From Octopus vulgaris (taxonomy: Eukaryota), in contig OX597817.1 of assembly GCA_951406725.2 (NCBI GenBank), forward strand, positions 30,256,001 to 30,320,000: a DNA stretch of 64,000 bases, in the 5' to 3' direction. The stretch's first letter is position 1, and the number at the start of each line of letters is the position of its first letter. A model generated the notes under the pieces. That model searched no databases and was not told the DNA's origin. It saw nothing but the letters and a program-made list of their open reading frames with translations. Both the position numbers and the translations under genes were made by a program. Below are positions 13,013 to 25,493 of this stretch, piece by piece.

Positions 13013-13537
13013 ATACTTAGAAGGTACTAACTATTTTTGTGGTTGCAAAAAGCACTCTCACCCACTTCACCTCACCCTACTCCCATCTAAAGCTCAGGCT
13101 CTACTACTTGGTTTGTTTGTGTCTCCTAGGTACATCAGTTTGTTGGGGTATTAGTATGAGCATGGAAGTAGTAGGAGTGAGGGTGTGTGTGTGTGTGTGC
13201 ATCTGCTTGCGTAAGCGTGTGGTTGAAATATATTCATAATAAATTTCTTTGTTTTAGCTGTGCAGTAAAGCTGCTTGTGGTTCTAGTTTCAGCCTGATTG
13301 TGTCAGTAGAGCAATATACTGTGAGTGGAATCTGGCCGATGGAAACTATGCAGAAGCCTGCTGTGTACACGTACACATACACACACAAAAAATGCACATA
13401 CACACACACATGCACACTTATGCAGAATGATAGTGTTTTTCTTTAGTGTTACAGCAATTGTGAGCAACAAAACAAAATTTACATTATTTACATTATTTAC
13501 ATTCGACGGATATTTGTCCCCAACTTGTTTGTTGTTA

Positions 13538-13581
13538 ATACAACGTTTCTGCTGATATACCCTCCAGCCTTCATCAGGTGT
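13538..13581 (-). ncRNA. Minimal type I hammerhead ribozyme
   Basis: Minus strand ACAC-CTGATGA-A-GGCTG gagggtatat CAGCA-GAAAC-GT-T-GTAT. Confidence 0.75.
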
Positions 13582-13630
13582 CTTGGGGGAAATTTCAAAC
13601 CTGGGTTCTCATTCCTAAGGTATTTTTCGA

Positions 13631-13698
<68 letters not shown>

Positions 13699-13703
13699 TT
13701 ATT

Positions 13704-14510
13704 ACTAGCAGCATAACCCGGCGTTGCCCGGATATGTAAGAGCCCCTAGTAGGCAACGACTAATCCCAATCTAGTCCTTTCCCTCTAGGGAACGAAGGCT
13801 CATGTGTAGGTTGCAATGTCTTCTCTTCACTCGAATACTTCTGTGTATACGATGTTCCTAGCTGTCCCTTTGGGCGATAAAAAGGTCGAGTTGCGTCCCC
13901 TAGACAGTCTGTGGTTTGTGTTTAATACACAAATCGGTTTGCTATGTGTGCCACATATGATTTAATTAACCGATTTTTTCCAGTAATAAAGTATCCTATT
14001 GAAATAAAAAGGGCCATATAGCTCCTGGGAGCAGACATGATGCTTGCTGTGAATTTTAAAAACGATTACTGTCAATTTGTGAAAGATATTGTCGAAAATA
14101 TGTCATCTTGAATTTGATCGTGATTTCCCAAAATGGCATGATTTTATCGATTTTTTCTGATGGTAAGATATTGCATGGAAAACTAACGTCAGAATTAAGT
14201 TTCTTAGGGAAACATTAAGCTTCACCATGAGTTTGGTGAAAATTGATTGCAAGTTGCGAAAGCTACAACAGAAAATGTGTTGCATATAAAAAGCTTAGAT
14301 TCTCGACCCCATGTCGAATTTATCGATTTTTTTCAAAACTGGGGGAACTTTTCAAAATTTTCACTTCGTTAGTTTTGAATTATGACATTGGGCTATGTGT
14401 GTGTCAAGTTTCATCAGAATCGGTTGAAAGCCGTGGTCAGGGTTAGGGTACAACCTGACAGACACACAGACACACAGACAGACAAACTGCCGTTTATATA
14501 GAGAGAAGAT
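13704..14510 (+). mobile_element. Non-autonomous Helentron-associated (HINE / DINE-1-like) element inserted into (TTA)n
   Basis: 5' ACTAG..ACCCGGCGTTGCCCGG; 3' AAGTTTCATCAGAATCGGTT..(CAGA)n..TTTATATAGAGAGAAGAT; splits the microsatellite of the host element; no TSD. Confidence 0.75.
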
Positions 14511-14637
14511 TATTATTGTTCAGGTCACAGCCGGGAATCAAACTCGGAATCTTGGGGTTAGTAGCCCGCGCTCTTAACCACTACACCATAACCCAGAGAT
14601 TCCGAGTTCAATTCCAAACTGTGACCTGAACAATAAC

Positions 14638-14699
<62 letters not shown>

Positions 14700-14752
14700 C
14701 AACATTGAAAAATACCTTGGGAATGAGAACCCAGGTTCGAAATTTCCCCAAG

Positions 14753-14796
14753 AGACCTGAAGAAGCCTGAAGGGTATATCAGCCGAAACATTGTGT
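14753..14796 (+). ncRNA. Minimal type I hammerhead ribozyme (second copy, different decay)
   Basis: AGAC-CTGAAGA-A-GCCTG aagggtatat CAGCC-GAAAC-AT-T-GTGT; the consensus with the 13538 copy is a fully paired HHR. Confidence 0.7.
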
Positions 14797-14926
14797 TAAC
14801 AACAAACAATATGAGGACAAATATCCATCGACTGTAAATAACGTAAATAATGTACATAATTCTTCATCTCTTAAATATAGAACTGTAAAACAAAATTTCT
14901 AGTGCAAAGTTTTCCACACATAATCA

Positions 14927-15330
14927 CAGGCATGACTGTGTCACAAGAAGCTTTCTTCCCAAACACATGGTTCCACATTTAGTCTCACTGTGTGGTACTT
15001 TGGGCAAGAGTTTTCTTCTGTAGCCTCAGGCTGACCAAAGCCTTGTAGGTTGATTTGGTTGACGGACACTGAATGAAGACCATCATATGTGACTGTGTAT
15101 GTGTCTGTGTCTGTGTGTACGTGTGTGTTTGTCTCTGCGTTTGTCCCCTACCACTACTTGATAACCGGTGTTGATGTGTTTACATCCCCCTAACTTTGAT
15201 GTTCTGCAAAAGAGACCAATACAATAAGTACCAGGCTTTAAAAAAATATAAGTACTGTGGTTGATTTTTTTCAACTAAAATTCCTCAAGGCAGTGCTCCA
15301 GCATGGCCTCAGTCTAATGACTGAAAAAGT
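14927..15330 (+). mobile_element. SINE family C, diverged copy
   Basis: Colinear with 15772-16256, including the internal (TG)n and the GTGCTCCAGCATGGCC tail. Confidence 0.8.
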
Positions 15331-15344
15331 TAAAAATTTATTGA

Positions 15345-15710
15345 TAAAAAAGTTTCATAGTGAGAGGGATTTTCACCTGTCTGTATTCTGCTGTGTTGGC
15401 TTAATTCCTTGTTTGAGTCAAATTATTGCTCACATACTTTCCAATTGAACCATTTTCCCTAGAATGTATTCTTTAGTGCTTTGTTAAGACACTTTTAGAA
15501 ACAAAAGACCTTTCACATATTTCACAGTGAAACAGATTTTTCTCCAGTGAGAACCCAATTAAGGAGCTGTAAGCATAGCATTAGTGATGAAAAATTTCCT
15601 GCACTTTTCACAGTGAAGCAATTTTACTTCCATGTATCCTTGCATGAACTACAAGATTAGCATTATCAGAGAATGGTTTCCCAAATATTTTATAATGATA
15701 CCAAATTCTG
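15345..15710 (-). pseudogene. Decayed tandem C2H2 zinc-finger array (about 4 fingers; stops and frameshifts)
   Basis: Minus-strand translation across frames: GKPFSDNANLVVHARIH / HCEKCRKFF..TGEK / FHCEICERSFVSKSVLTKH*RIHS / VCEQ*F..LSQHSRIQTGENP. Confidence 0.75.
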
Positions 15711-15771
15711 CTCACAAGTTATTGGCCAAATAAATCTATATAGGACACTTATAGAAGACATACATATATTT

Positions 15772-15944
15772 GGCGCAAGAGTGGCTGTGTGGTAAGTAGC
15801 TTGCTAACCAACCACATGGTTCCGGGTTCAGTCCCACCACGTGGCATCTTGGGAAAGTGTCTTCTGCTATAGCCCTGGGCTGACCAGTGCCTTGTGAGTG
15901 GATTTGGTAGACGGAAACTGAAAGAAGCCTGTCGTATATATGTG

Positions 15945-16029
<85 letters not shown>

Positions 16030-16256
16030 ATGTGTTTGTGTGTCAGTGTTTGTCTCCCTAGCATTGCTTGGGAGACAAACACTGGTGTGTTTACGTCCCC
16101 CATCACTTAGCAGTTCGGCAAAAGAGACCGATAGAATAAGTACTGGGCTTACAAAGAATAAGTCCAGGGGTTGATTTGCTCGACTAAAGGCAGTGCTCCA
16201 GCATGGCTGCAGTCAAATGACTGAAACAAGTAAAAGAGTAAAGAGTAAAGAGAGTA
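15772..16256 (+). mobile_element. SINE family C, full length, with internal (TA)n/(TG)n
   Basis: Head GGCGCAAGAGTGGCTGTGTGGTAAG..GGGTTCAGTCCC (A/B-box-like); tail GAGTAAAGAGTAAAGAG. Confidence 0.85.
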
Positions 16257-17860
16257 TTAGGCACCAAATATAGCTACATGGTTAAAAACTTTAATTTGCA
16301 AATACCTAGTTTTAGGTTCAGTCCCATTGTGTAGCACCTAGGATAAATGTCTTCTACAAACACCAGGCCGACCAATTCCCTGTGAGTGAATATAGTTGTA
16401 AAGTAGCAGCTGCTGTCTTGTGATGAATTGAGACAATGTTTAGCATTTTACATTGAAATCTGCAAAAGCCTCTTCTTAAATCCTTCCACGATAATTACCA
16501 TGTTTGACTTGAAGGATGCTGAAGAGACAGTCTTTGAGAATTTCAGCAACTTCTCCAGATTGACCTTCAGCTACAAGCCCTGTGCCATTGCTCATTGTCC
16601 AGGGGTGGTAGACCTGGTGGCTAATATCATCTTCACACCAGGTTTGACAAAATTGCATATATCAACTCACACCAGCATGGAAAGTGGATATAAAACAATG
16701 ATGATTATGATGATAATGATGTCTATGTGTGTGTGTCTGTGTGTGTGTGTGTGTGTGTATGTGCATGTGCTATGGCTGTGTTGGGCTCTGTATTTATGTA
16801 AAAGCCAGTATTGTTTCAAAAAGCCTAACATAGCAATTGAACAAATACAGATTCATAAATTAAGTACCAGATTGAAATAAGTACTAGAATTGGTGTCATT
16901 GATTAAACACTAGAAACAAAGTTCAAATGATTGCAACTGGTAAAACAATGACAAAAAAAACACATACAGAATTGTTATTTGCATTACTTCATAAAAATAT
17001 CTCTGGATAATGTCTACTTTGAATGTTGCTAAATAAGTAGATATTTTTTTCATAATAGCATTCAACAACAACTAATCCTTTTGAACAAACAGTTATTCTT
17101 TATAATTAACATTAGGTGACAATTAAAAATATATATCTAATATAGTCTTAACTTCATGTAAAATTTATTATTATTGTATTGTCATGAACCATTTAAAATT
17201 TTTTTGTGCATATAGTGATTGTGCTTAGTGATTGCATTGTTGGTTGCGGTGAATTAAGAAGAGTATATAGGGACTTGATTGAGACAATAGGAATAGATTT
17301 TAATAGGCGTTTGAATGGTGAAAATTAAGCTCTATACAGGAATTACAATCTACTAAGAAATTTTACTTATATATAATATTATAAATTATTCCACCGTGTC
17401 TCACTATAAAGTTTAACTTTCAGGAATTGAACCTTTTCTGTGATAAAAATATACTTGATCAATTGAAATAATTTGTTAGATTATTATTTGGTAAAATCTA
17501 TTTCTGAAATAACTTGTAAGTTTCCTCTGTTTAAAAATTAACCAAAATTTCTGCCACTTGAGACTATCTTGCTTTAACTTCTCCCAATTTGGTTAGACTG
17601 AAAAATCTAAGTCAAATGTTACTGATACAAATTGGTTTCTTTCAAATTAATTTTGTTGTTTTTCTATCAATTTGAATATTTCTATATATCAGTTATCTCT
17701 CTGTAACAACCTAATTTTGCTAGTGTAGTGCTTCTGAGAGAGTTCTAAAAGTAATACAACATGGCTAATTCACTTGCAAAGCCAATATTGAAATAAAAAT
17801 GTTATATATATATACACACACACACATATATATATACATATCTATATCTATATCTATATA

Positions 17861-17918
<58 letters not shown>

Positions 17919-18094
17919 TCCATATACATATACATGCATATATGTATGTATAAATATATGATCTTTGTTTTTAAAAGGAAAACTTTGACTTGACAGTTAC
18001 TTTGAAGTAATGGTGAAACTTTCCCCTGTAAGAATTAAATAATTTAAATATGATATTCCTTTAAGTGATCCCTCAATTTGTATATATATATGTA

Positions 18095-18125
<31 letters not shown>

Positions 18126-18189
18126 TGTGCTTGAGAAGATCCATCAAACCAAGTGAAATCATAGTCATAGTTATGACCAAATTTTTTTC

Positions 18190-18390
18190 CGAACAATAAA
18201 AAACAAACAAACAGAGAAACGAGACATACAACATAAAGAATATTCCCTTCATCAGTTGTCCTCTGTTTTATCTACTCTGTGTTTCAAAGTTAAGGACAAC
18301 ATGCAACTTCATTAAATAGTTCTTCCCGCAAAGCAAATTGAATAAAATTTGGGGTTTTTTGCAGAAGGTGAAAGAGGTAACAAAAACAGG
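18190..18390 (-). mobile_element. Second, decayed copy of the permuted-hammerhead element family
   Basis: Reverse complement aligns to about 9055-9250; TTGTCCTT..GAAACAC..GAGGACAA-CTGATGA-AGGG. Confidence 0.75.
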
Positions 18391-18690
18391 ACAGTGAGAA
18401 CAAAATGGTTAAATAAACGGTGAAGGCTGTTAAACCAAGACGATGTGAAGTTGTGAACGTTGGAAAAATGAGCTTTGAGAAGAGACAGATAAAAGCACGT
18501 CTTATCTTTAGGAAGGAAGTAAGGAAGTGGAAGAAAGAAAGATGGTCAGCCTTTCGTCATGAGTGAGCAACGAAAGTCAAGGAGGAAGAGTGAGAGAGAG
18601 AGAGAGAGAAAGAGGGGGAACGGTGAAGGGGAGAGAAGAATAGGGAAAGGGTGGGAGAGAAAAACAGAAAGAAAGAAGAACAAGAGAGGG

Positions 18691-18738
<48 letters not shown>

Positions 18739-19086
18739 GCGTTTATACTTATCTGTATGCATGCATGTTTACATGTTTGTTATTATTGTATATATGTGTG
18801 TGCGTTCGCAGACTTGGCTTTTATGTATAAAGTTTAGATGTATCTTTTCCTTATTTTTCCTTTTCTTTTCATTCTCCTTTTCCTTATCAGTAGATACTTT
18901 AGTGAACACAGTTATCTTCTCTCTCTTTTTCTATCTCTCTCTCTTTCTTTTTACTCTGCTCTACCATTTCTTTTTCTTCCAACCAATGTCTCTTATTCTT
19001 ATTCTAGTTCTCTTCTAACATGTAGCAATAAAGTCACATCTTCACAACATATGCACAAAGATGTATGCTGTGTGTGTGTGTGTGTG

Positions 19087-19126
<40 letters not shown>

Positions 19127-19751
19127 GTGTGTAGATACCTATATATACATTAGTATATATATATGTTCATATTTATATTTTGCCTGTGTATATTTGTGGA
19201 TATGTTTATATGCATGTATTAGCGTTTGTATATTCAGTGTACATATGCATGTCTATGTTTTTTTAGTGTGTATATGTATAAGTACAGTGTGTTTATTTTT
19301 AGGCCATTTGATTTATGCAAGGGAATATTATCGTAAACAGACATTTATTTTTGATTAAATTTATTTTACCATTAATTAATTTATTCTAGGTATATATGTT
19401 TTTCCTTCTAACTACAGTTAGTTTTGAAATTTTGATATTTGATTTAAGGTTTTTTTTCAATTTCACATAATTTGATTTTAAACCTATCATCATTGATTAA
19501 GAAAAACCTATAAGTTGGAAAGACCAATGGAAAGAAAGCAATTTAAAATGTGTATCTGTCAATGTAAATTGTATATTTTATACAATCAAACTTTATGTTG
19601 TTCCCTTCTCAATCTAAACTGTCCGAGAAAGAGGAATGTGAAACTCTGAGTAGTAGCTTTTTGTGATATTTTTTGTGATGTCTTTGCAGCTTTAATAATA
19701 ATAATAATAATAATAAAGTATATATACATATATATATATATACAATACATA

Positions 19752-19967
19752 TGAAGGGGTGCTGAAAAGTTCTTGGTTTTAAAGGTATCATGAAAGCTTC
19801 ATTGGAGGTGTAACTTTCCGAATTCTTTTACAAAGTTCAGAAAAAATGAAGGACCACTGCAATAATTGTGTGAATCTGAAAGGGGAATATGTTGATTAAA
19901 ATCATAATTAACTGATCCTCCCATATTTTCTTTTATCCAAAACCAGGAAATTTTCAGCATGCTTTCT
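19752..19967. mobile_element. Mariner-derived MITE
   Basis: Imperfect TIRs GAAGGGGTGCTGAAAAGTTCTTGG / CCAGGAAATTTTCAGCATGCTTTC; internal TGTGTGAATCTGAAAGGGGAATATGTTGA (CVNLKGEYV, a mariner C-terminal motif). Confidence 0.7.
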
Positions 19968-20177
19968 ATATGTATATATGTGTGTGTGCCTGCATATCTG
20001 TCTGTATTCAAAATATATACACTTTGTATTTGCAATATATTGAGCACTTCATTGAATTGTATCCTTCTAGATTTTTTGACTGAAATTTATATAACACACA
20101 CACACATGCACAGACACAAACATACACACACATACACACATTCACAGGCTCACACACACACATTTATACATATTCTG

Positions 20178-20395
20178 GTCATTCAAAATGTGACCGCGTG
20201 TGTACTGTTGGCGCTTTTTTTCCTCCGTCTTCCCTTCCTTGGATCTTTCCTTCTCCTATGTTTTTGATGAAGAGCTCCGCTTGAAACGTTAAATCCTCCT
20301 TTCTTTCCTCTCCTGAGCATCCAATAACACTATACTTGTTCCACATCCTCGTGCTGTTGTGTTTTCTCTTTGTGTTTTCATATTTGGATTAACTA
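20178..20395 (+). mobile_element. Short hammerhead-bearing element family E, ending in (TA)n; HHR at 20260-20294
   Basis: TTT-tTGATGA-A-GAGC tcc GCTT-GAAAC-GT-T-AAA; second copy at 24018-24242; 3' stub at 40920-40968 (minus). Confidence 0.7.
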
Positions 20396-21047
20396 TATAT
20401 ATATGTATATATATGCATGTGTGTTTAAATTTTTCCTTGATTTATATCTAAGAAGTTTGTAGAAATCAATGAATAACCAATGTTCTTCAAACAAATTCCA
20501 CCAAGCCAGAGATGCTAACTTTCCACTCTTATCTTCAGAAAGGCTGTTATGCCATGACTGCTCTTTGGAAAACTTTAACTAACAATGCCATAATTCCTAA
20601 AGAGTGATATAAAATAAATAAATATGATTTTATTTATTTTATGATTATCATATTGACAAATACTGGACATTTGAATTTACTTTCACTTTATTTCTGGCAA
20701 TAACCTTTATGAGAGTCTCTAAGCCTTTCTTTAACTGCTTTTAGATCTCATAGGTATTATAGGTTAAAATCTGCTATATTCTACACTAAAAGTTGGAAAA
20801 CATTATGAGAGATTAGCATTGACTCTCATTCAATGAAAATAGCTCTTCAGATTTGTTATTTATTTATGAGTTGCTTTTCAGGATTAAACTCGTGCATGGA
20901 GGGAATCGAAAGCAATATATATAATGGGAACGTTAAGCATTCCATATTATATGGGTTATTTCTTATCATTATGAAATACAAATGACTGACCAGTCTTTGA
21001 TTAATATTTTTATTGATTTAACAAAGGTTCTTGGGTATATATTGATA

Positions 21048-21092
<45 letters not shown>

Positions 21093-21299
21093 TTGATACC
21101 TTTCTTAGTATTACTAATCAATAAATTGCATTATTAGAACAAAATATTAATAGTTTTAACTTTGAGTGCCTCTTTAAAATATTGTTGTATCATATGACAT
21201 CAACAACTTTGATAGATCCCAAGAAAAATCATTTCTTTTATGAAAATTTCTTTTCTAATATTTATTATTCCAGAAGTCAAAAATGTTGTTTCTTTTCTT

Positions 21300-21900
21300 T
21301 TAGTTTGAATGAATGAGTCCCCAAGTTATAAGGGTCTATAGTCACAGAGTAATTGCTATAGTTCATAGTATTTCAAATATTGTTCCTTGTTATGATGGTA
21401 CTAATTATTTTCATTCATGCTTCACTATCATAAGTCATGTCCTTAAAAGATATATGACTTATCCTACCCAAACATTAAAATCTGACATAAAACATTCTAT
21501 GAAAATATCCAACACCAAATTCTTTATTGGAATATTACATTGATTTTGGCATAATTTCCCATAGGTTTTAGCTCACTTAATACTATAAATATCTTGGAAT
21601 TTGTATGAAATTCATAAAGAATATTTTTAGTTGAAATAAAATAGCCCCATACCTGTACACTTGTAGCCAATAATCTAGTTCAAAGCTAGATGATACCACT
21701 CAGAAAAATGGCTTTTGCTTTTGGACATCTGAAATTAATGTTGTTAATATCAATCTGGAAAACTTATGACCCTTTGCATCAGGTTTAATAACAATGTGAC
21801 AGGCTTGCAACTTAATTCTTTTTATTGGAATTATTACAGATGTGGCATTTTCTTCCATTTGGGCAATTTAGTTCAGATGTAGGTTATCTAGTTAACAATT
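21300..21900 (-). mobile_element. Possible ancient L1/Tx1-type RT remnant
   Basis: Scattered minus-strand peptides IKPDAKG and LISDVQK resemble PDQ.GF and SLDAEKAFD; heavily decayed. Confidence 0.3.
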
Positions 21901-22534
21901 CAAATATATGAACAGGAAATTCTTGGAGTAGAAACAAGTATAAAACCATTCATTTCAGCAATGAGGAAGGAAGGAATCAGTGAAGAACACTTTTGGTGAA
22001 AAATATTATATTAGAAAGGTTAGGAAATAAAAACAGGGAATAAATAAAATATTGGAATAAAAGAGAAGACTGTAAAATAAGAAATGATATAAAATATAAT
22101 GTTCACAGAAGAGATATGGTATAAGAGAATATTGAAAGTAACAGACAGAAAAAAAGTAAGGAGGATAAAGGTGGAACATAACAAACAAATAAGGAAAGAA
22201 AAAAATAGACATACGTATGGAATAAAACATAATGAAAGAAACTTGCTCTTAGGTTGCTATAATGTGCCAGGTTAAAGAAAGAACTGAACAAAGAATTCCT
22301 CAGAGAATTGGAACATTCATTTGAAATTTAGTCTTGCTATTTAGTTGTAAGGGTTCTCTTATTGTTAGCAATACATCAATCTTTTATTGGAAAGATTTGC
22401 TGTTTGGAACTTGCAGGAAGTACCTTTGGTAAATAGATTCTTATACCTCAATTGACAAATAATTTGGTATTTTGCAGCAACATCACAGTACTTTAACTTC
22501 TGTAAAGAAAATGAAATATTTCCCTTTTTCAATA

Positions 22535-22645
22535 TACTACTACTACTACTACTGCTGCTGCTACTAAAAGTGCTGCTGTTGTTGTTGTTGTTGTTGTTGT
22601 TGCTGCTATTGTAGTAGTAGTTGTTGTTGTTGTTGTTGTTGTTTA
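22535..22645. repeat. (CTA)n/(CTG)n/(TTG)n trinucleotide repeat
   Basis: Direct inspection. Confidence 0.9.
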
Positions 22646-23132
22646 TAGTTGTGGTCATGTTACTGATAGTATTTCATTTTATGTTTTCATGGAAGCTTTT
22701 CTCTGTAATATCATGTAGATTTCTGGGTTCCTCAGGGGCATTCATTTTTCATTGTTGCTTGTTGCTTACTGTTAATCTACTGACTGGGTCTATAAAACAA
22801 AAAAAAAAGAAAAGAAAAGAAAAAGGAAGAAGAAACGAGATGAGGGTAAATGATTTCTGGCTCTAAGAGATATATGAGATCTTTCACCAAATCCTTGAGG
22901 GATATATGAACCAATGATAGTAGATTTAAAGATTTTTCAATTGCATATCATGATTTCTGTTAACAGTGGTGAAATGCTGTTGTTGTCCAATTATTATGGT
23001 GTTTTATCTGGAAAGTTCTGAATGGTAGTGTAACAAGTTGTTAAGATTAAAAAGTTAATTTGTATATATGAGATAGGTTTAGTTGTGGTTCAGCAGTGTT
23101 ATTTCACAACCACGGTGCTGCAAGTTCAATTA

Positions 23133-23526
23133 CACTATCTCTTTCTCTCTTTTACTTGTTTCAGTCATTTGACTGCAGCCGTGCTGGAGCACCGCCTTTA
23201 GTCGAGCAAATCGACCCCGGCACTTATTCTTTGTAAGCCCAGTACTTATTGTATTGGTCTCTTTTGCCGAACCGCTAAGTGATGGGGACATAAACACACC
23301 AGCATTGGTTGTCAAGCAATGCTCGGGAGACAAACACACACACATATATATATACACATATACGACAGGCTTCTTTCAGTTTCCGTCTACCAAATCCACT
23401 CACAAGGCATTGGTCGGCCTGAGGCTATAGTAGAAGACACTTGCCCAAGGTGCCACGCAGTGGGACTGAACCCGGAACCATGTGGTTGGTTAGCAAGCTA
23501 CTTGCCACACAGCCACTCCTGTGCCT
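23133..23526 (-). mobile_element. SINE family C, full length
   Basis: Reverse complement of 15772-16256 with a short internal microsatellite. Confidence 0.85.
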
Positions 23527-23884
23527 ACAGTACTTTGCGCCTATGCAGTACTTTGGGTAGAATTCTGCTATAGCCTTGTGTTGACCAAAGCTTTTTGAGC
23601 TTCTGTTGCACTAACCCTCCATTTCTTCATCTTTAATGCCACCAAAACCAATGAAACTGCTGCAACTGCTGCTGCTGTTGCTGTCTACAAGATCACCTTA
23701 ATCATTAACACAATCATCGCCATCATAATCATCATTTTTATTCTACGTTCTGAAATTGCCCCCTCCCCCACATACTCACACCTCCACCTTCTTTATCTTT
23801 ACTGCCTTTTCCATTAGTACGATGATCAACTTTTACATTATCTTTATCCTCACCATCTACATATGCATGTATGTGTGTTTGTAT

Positions 23885-23928
<44 letters not shown>

Positions 23929-23937
23929 ATCTATCTT

Positions 23938-23969
<32 letters not shown>

Positions 23970-24017
23970 CACATATACATATACATATATATATATATAT
24001 GTATATATTACACACAC

Positions 24018-24242
24018 GGTCACATTCAATATGTGACCACATGTGTATCGTTGGCGAGTTTTTTTCCTCCGTCTTCCCTTCCTTGGATCTTTCCTTTTCC
24101 TATGTTTCTAACGAAGAGCTCTGCTCGAAAAAATTAAATCCTCCTTCTTTCTTTCCTTTCCTGAGCGTCCAATAACACTATACTTGTTCCCCATCCTTGC
24201 ATTGCTGTGTTTCCTCTTTGTGTTTTCATGTTTGGATTAACT
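24018..24242 (+). mobile_element. Hammerhead-bearing element family E, copy 2 (decayed HHR at 24104-24139)
   Basis: TTT-CTAACGA-A-GAGC tct GCTC-GAAA; colinear with 20178-20395; between TA-rich tracts. Confidence 0.7.
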
Positions 24243-24259
24243 ATATATAAATATATATA

Positions 24260-24795
24260 ACTTAGATAACTTAGATATGTTTTGACCAAAGATTGGTCCA
24301 GGCCATGTCTAACTTAATAGCACCACCTGATAGGATTATTTGAATCCTGTTTAAGTCAAGTTTTGTTTAAGTTAAGTCTTGTTCAAGTAGTGAGTTCTTG
24401 TGGGGTGAGTTGTATCCAATTATGGGTGGCTTATCTGGTATTCTTTGAAGGAATCTATCCAGATTCCGTTTAAAGTTGATGGGATCCTTTTCCTCTTTGA
24501 TCTCCCTCGGGACAATGTTAAATAGGGCAGGGCCTGTTGAGGAAAAGAAATTATGTTGCAGTGTACATGTATGTTGTGATCTTGAATTGGGCAGGGGACG
24601 TATGGCCCGTGGTCCCAGTCTTGGATGAACCTTGAAGCTAATCTTAAGGTCGTTTGGGCAAAGTTGGCGGTATATTCTCCACATCGTACAAATGATGTAC
24701 TGCTCACGGCGACGCTGGAGGGAGTAAAGTTTCAAGGCTTTAAGGTGATCCCAATAATCGAGAGCAGCCATGCCTTCAATTCGTTTAGTGAGTGC
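24260..24795 (-). mobile_element. 5'-truncated CR1/L2-group LINE ORF2 C-terminus plus 3' UTR
   Basis: ORF 24367-24771: DYWDHLKALKLYSLQRRREQYII..FSSTGPALFNIVPREIK..FKRNLDRFLQRIPDKP. Confidence 0.8.
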
Positions 24796-24798
24796 CCT

Positions 24799-25177
24799 AT
24801 GGAGTAGGTAAGATACAGGCTACACAAGTTTCATAGTGGGCAGAACCTCAGAAGTGGTAAGAATCTAAACAAGGTGTATACCACTGGCTAATCTTCAGGC
24901 CAAGGATATCTTGATTAAATTAAAAGGATGTATATGTTGATACATGGAAGATTCTCAGTTCGTGCTGACCCAGAACTAAATAACAACAAACATGATCAGA
25001 AGTTCAAAACTAACCTTGCTTCTTCACCTACATCCTTGTGACAATGTAACCTTCAATTTAATCAAGATATCTTTGGCCTGAAGGGTAGCTGGCACTATAC
25101 ACCTCACTTGGATTTTTATCACTTCTGAGATTCTGCCTGCTATGAAACATATGTAGCCCAGATCTTACTAACTCCAT
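24799..25177. mobile_element. Diverged inverted repeat, each arm carrying a type I hammerhead with long stem II
   Basis: Arms 24799-24927 and 25050-25177; minus HHR 24818-24901 GGC-CTGAAGA-TTAG..CTAT-GAAAC-TTGT-GTA-GCC; plus HHR 25075-25158 GGC-CTGAAGG-GTAGC..GCTAT-GAAAC-ATAT-GTA-GCC. Confidence 0.75.
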
Positions 25178-25400
25178 TTTGTAACTCTAGTATTCTTATT
25201 CACATGCTCAGCAACCCTGGTCACCTACCGTGAAATATAAAAAGAACATCTTTTCATCTTATCATTTTCTGGTACAAAAAAGTCCACAACCTTCCACCTC
25301 AATAAACCACTATTGTCTCTAAAAGCTGTTTTTTTTATACTTACTATGGATTGCATGAAGCTAACTTTATTCCTCCACCTTCATCTCCAGATATTACATT

Positions 25401-25434
<34 letters not shown>

Positions 25435-25462
25435 TGTATGTATTATGTATGTATGTATGTAT

Positions 25463-25493
<31 letters not shown>

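Larger units (their letters stand above)
13481..14886. mobile_element. Head-to-head inverted pair of a tRNA-headed, (AAT)n-containing, hammerhead-tailed SINE-like element
   Basis: Minus copy 13481-14589 (head ATGGTGTAGTGGTTAAGAGCGCGGG..GAGTTTGATTCC) and 5'-truncated plus copy 14590-14886; 12-bp direct repeat AAAACAAAATTT at 13469-13480 and 14887-14898. Confidence 0.85.

Noticed and set aside
14521-14589. tRNA-like heads (also near 3080-3154 and 38290-38365) as tRNA genes
   Set aside because: They lack proper acceptor stems and are fused to SINE bodies, several with TSDs.
19491-19670. Possible hammerheads CATTG-ATTAAGA..GAAAGAC-CAATG and ..GAAACTCTGAGTA-GTAG
   Set aside because: The first core has two mismatches and no cleavage triplet; the second lacks a CUGANGA strand. 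Too decayed to call.
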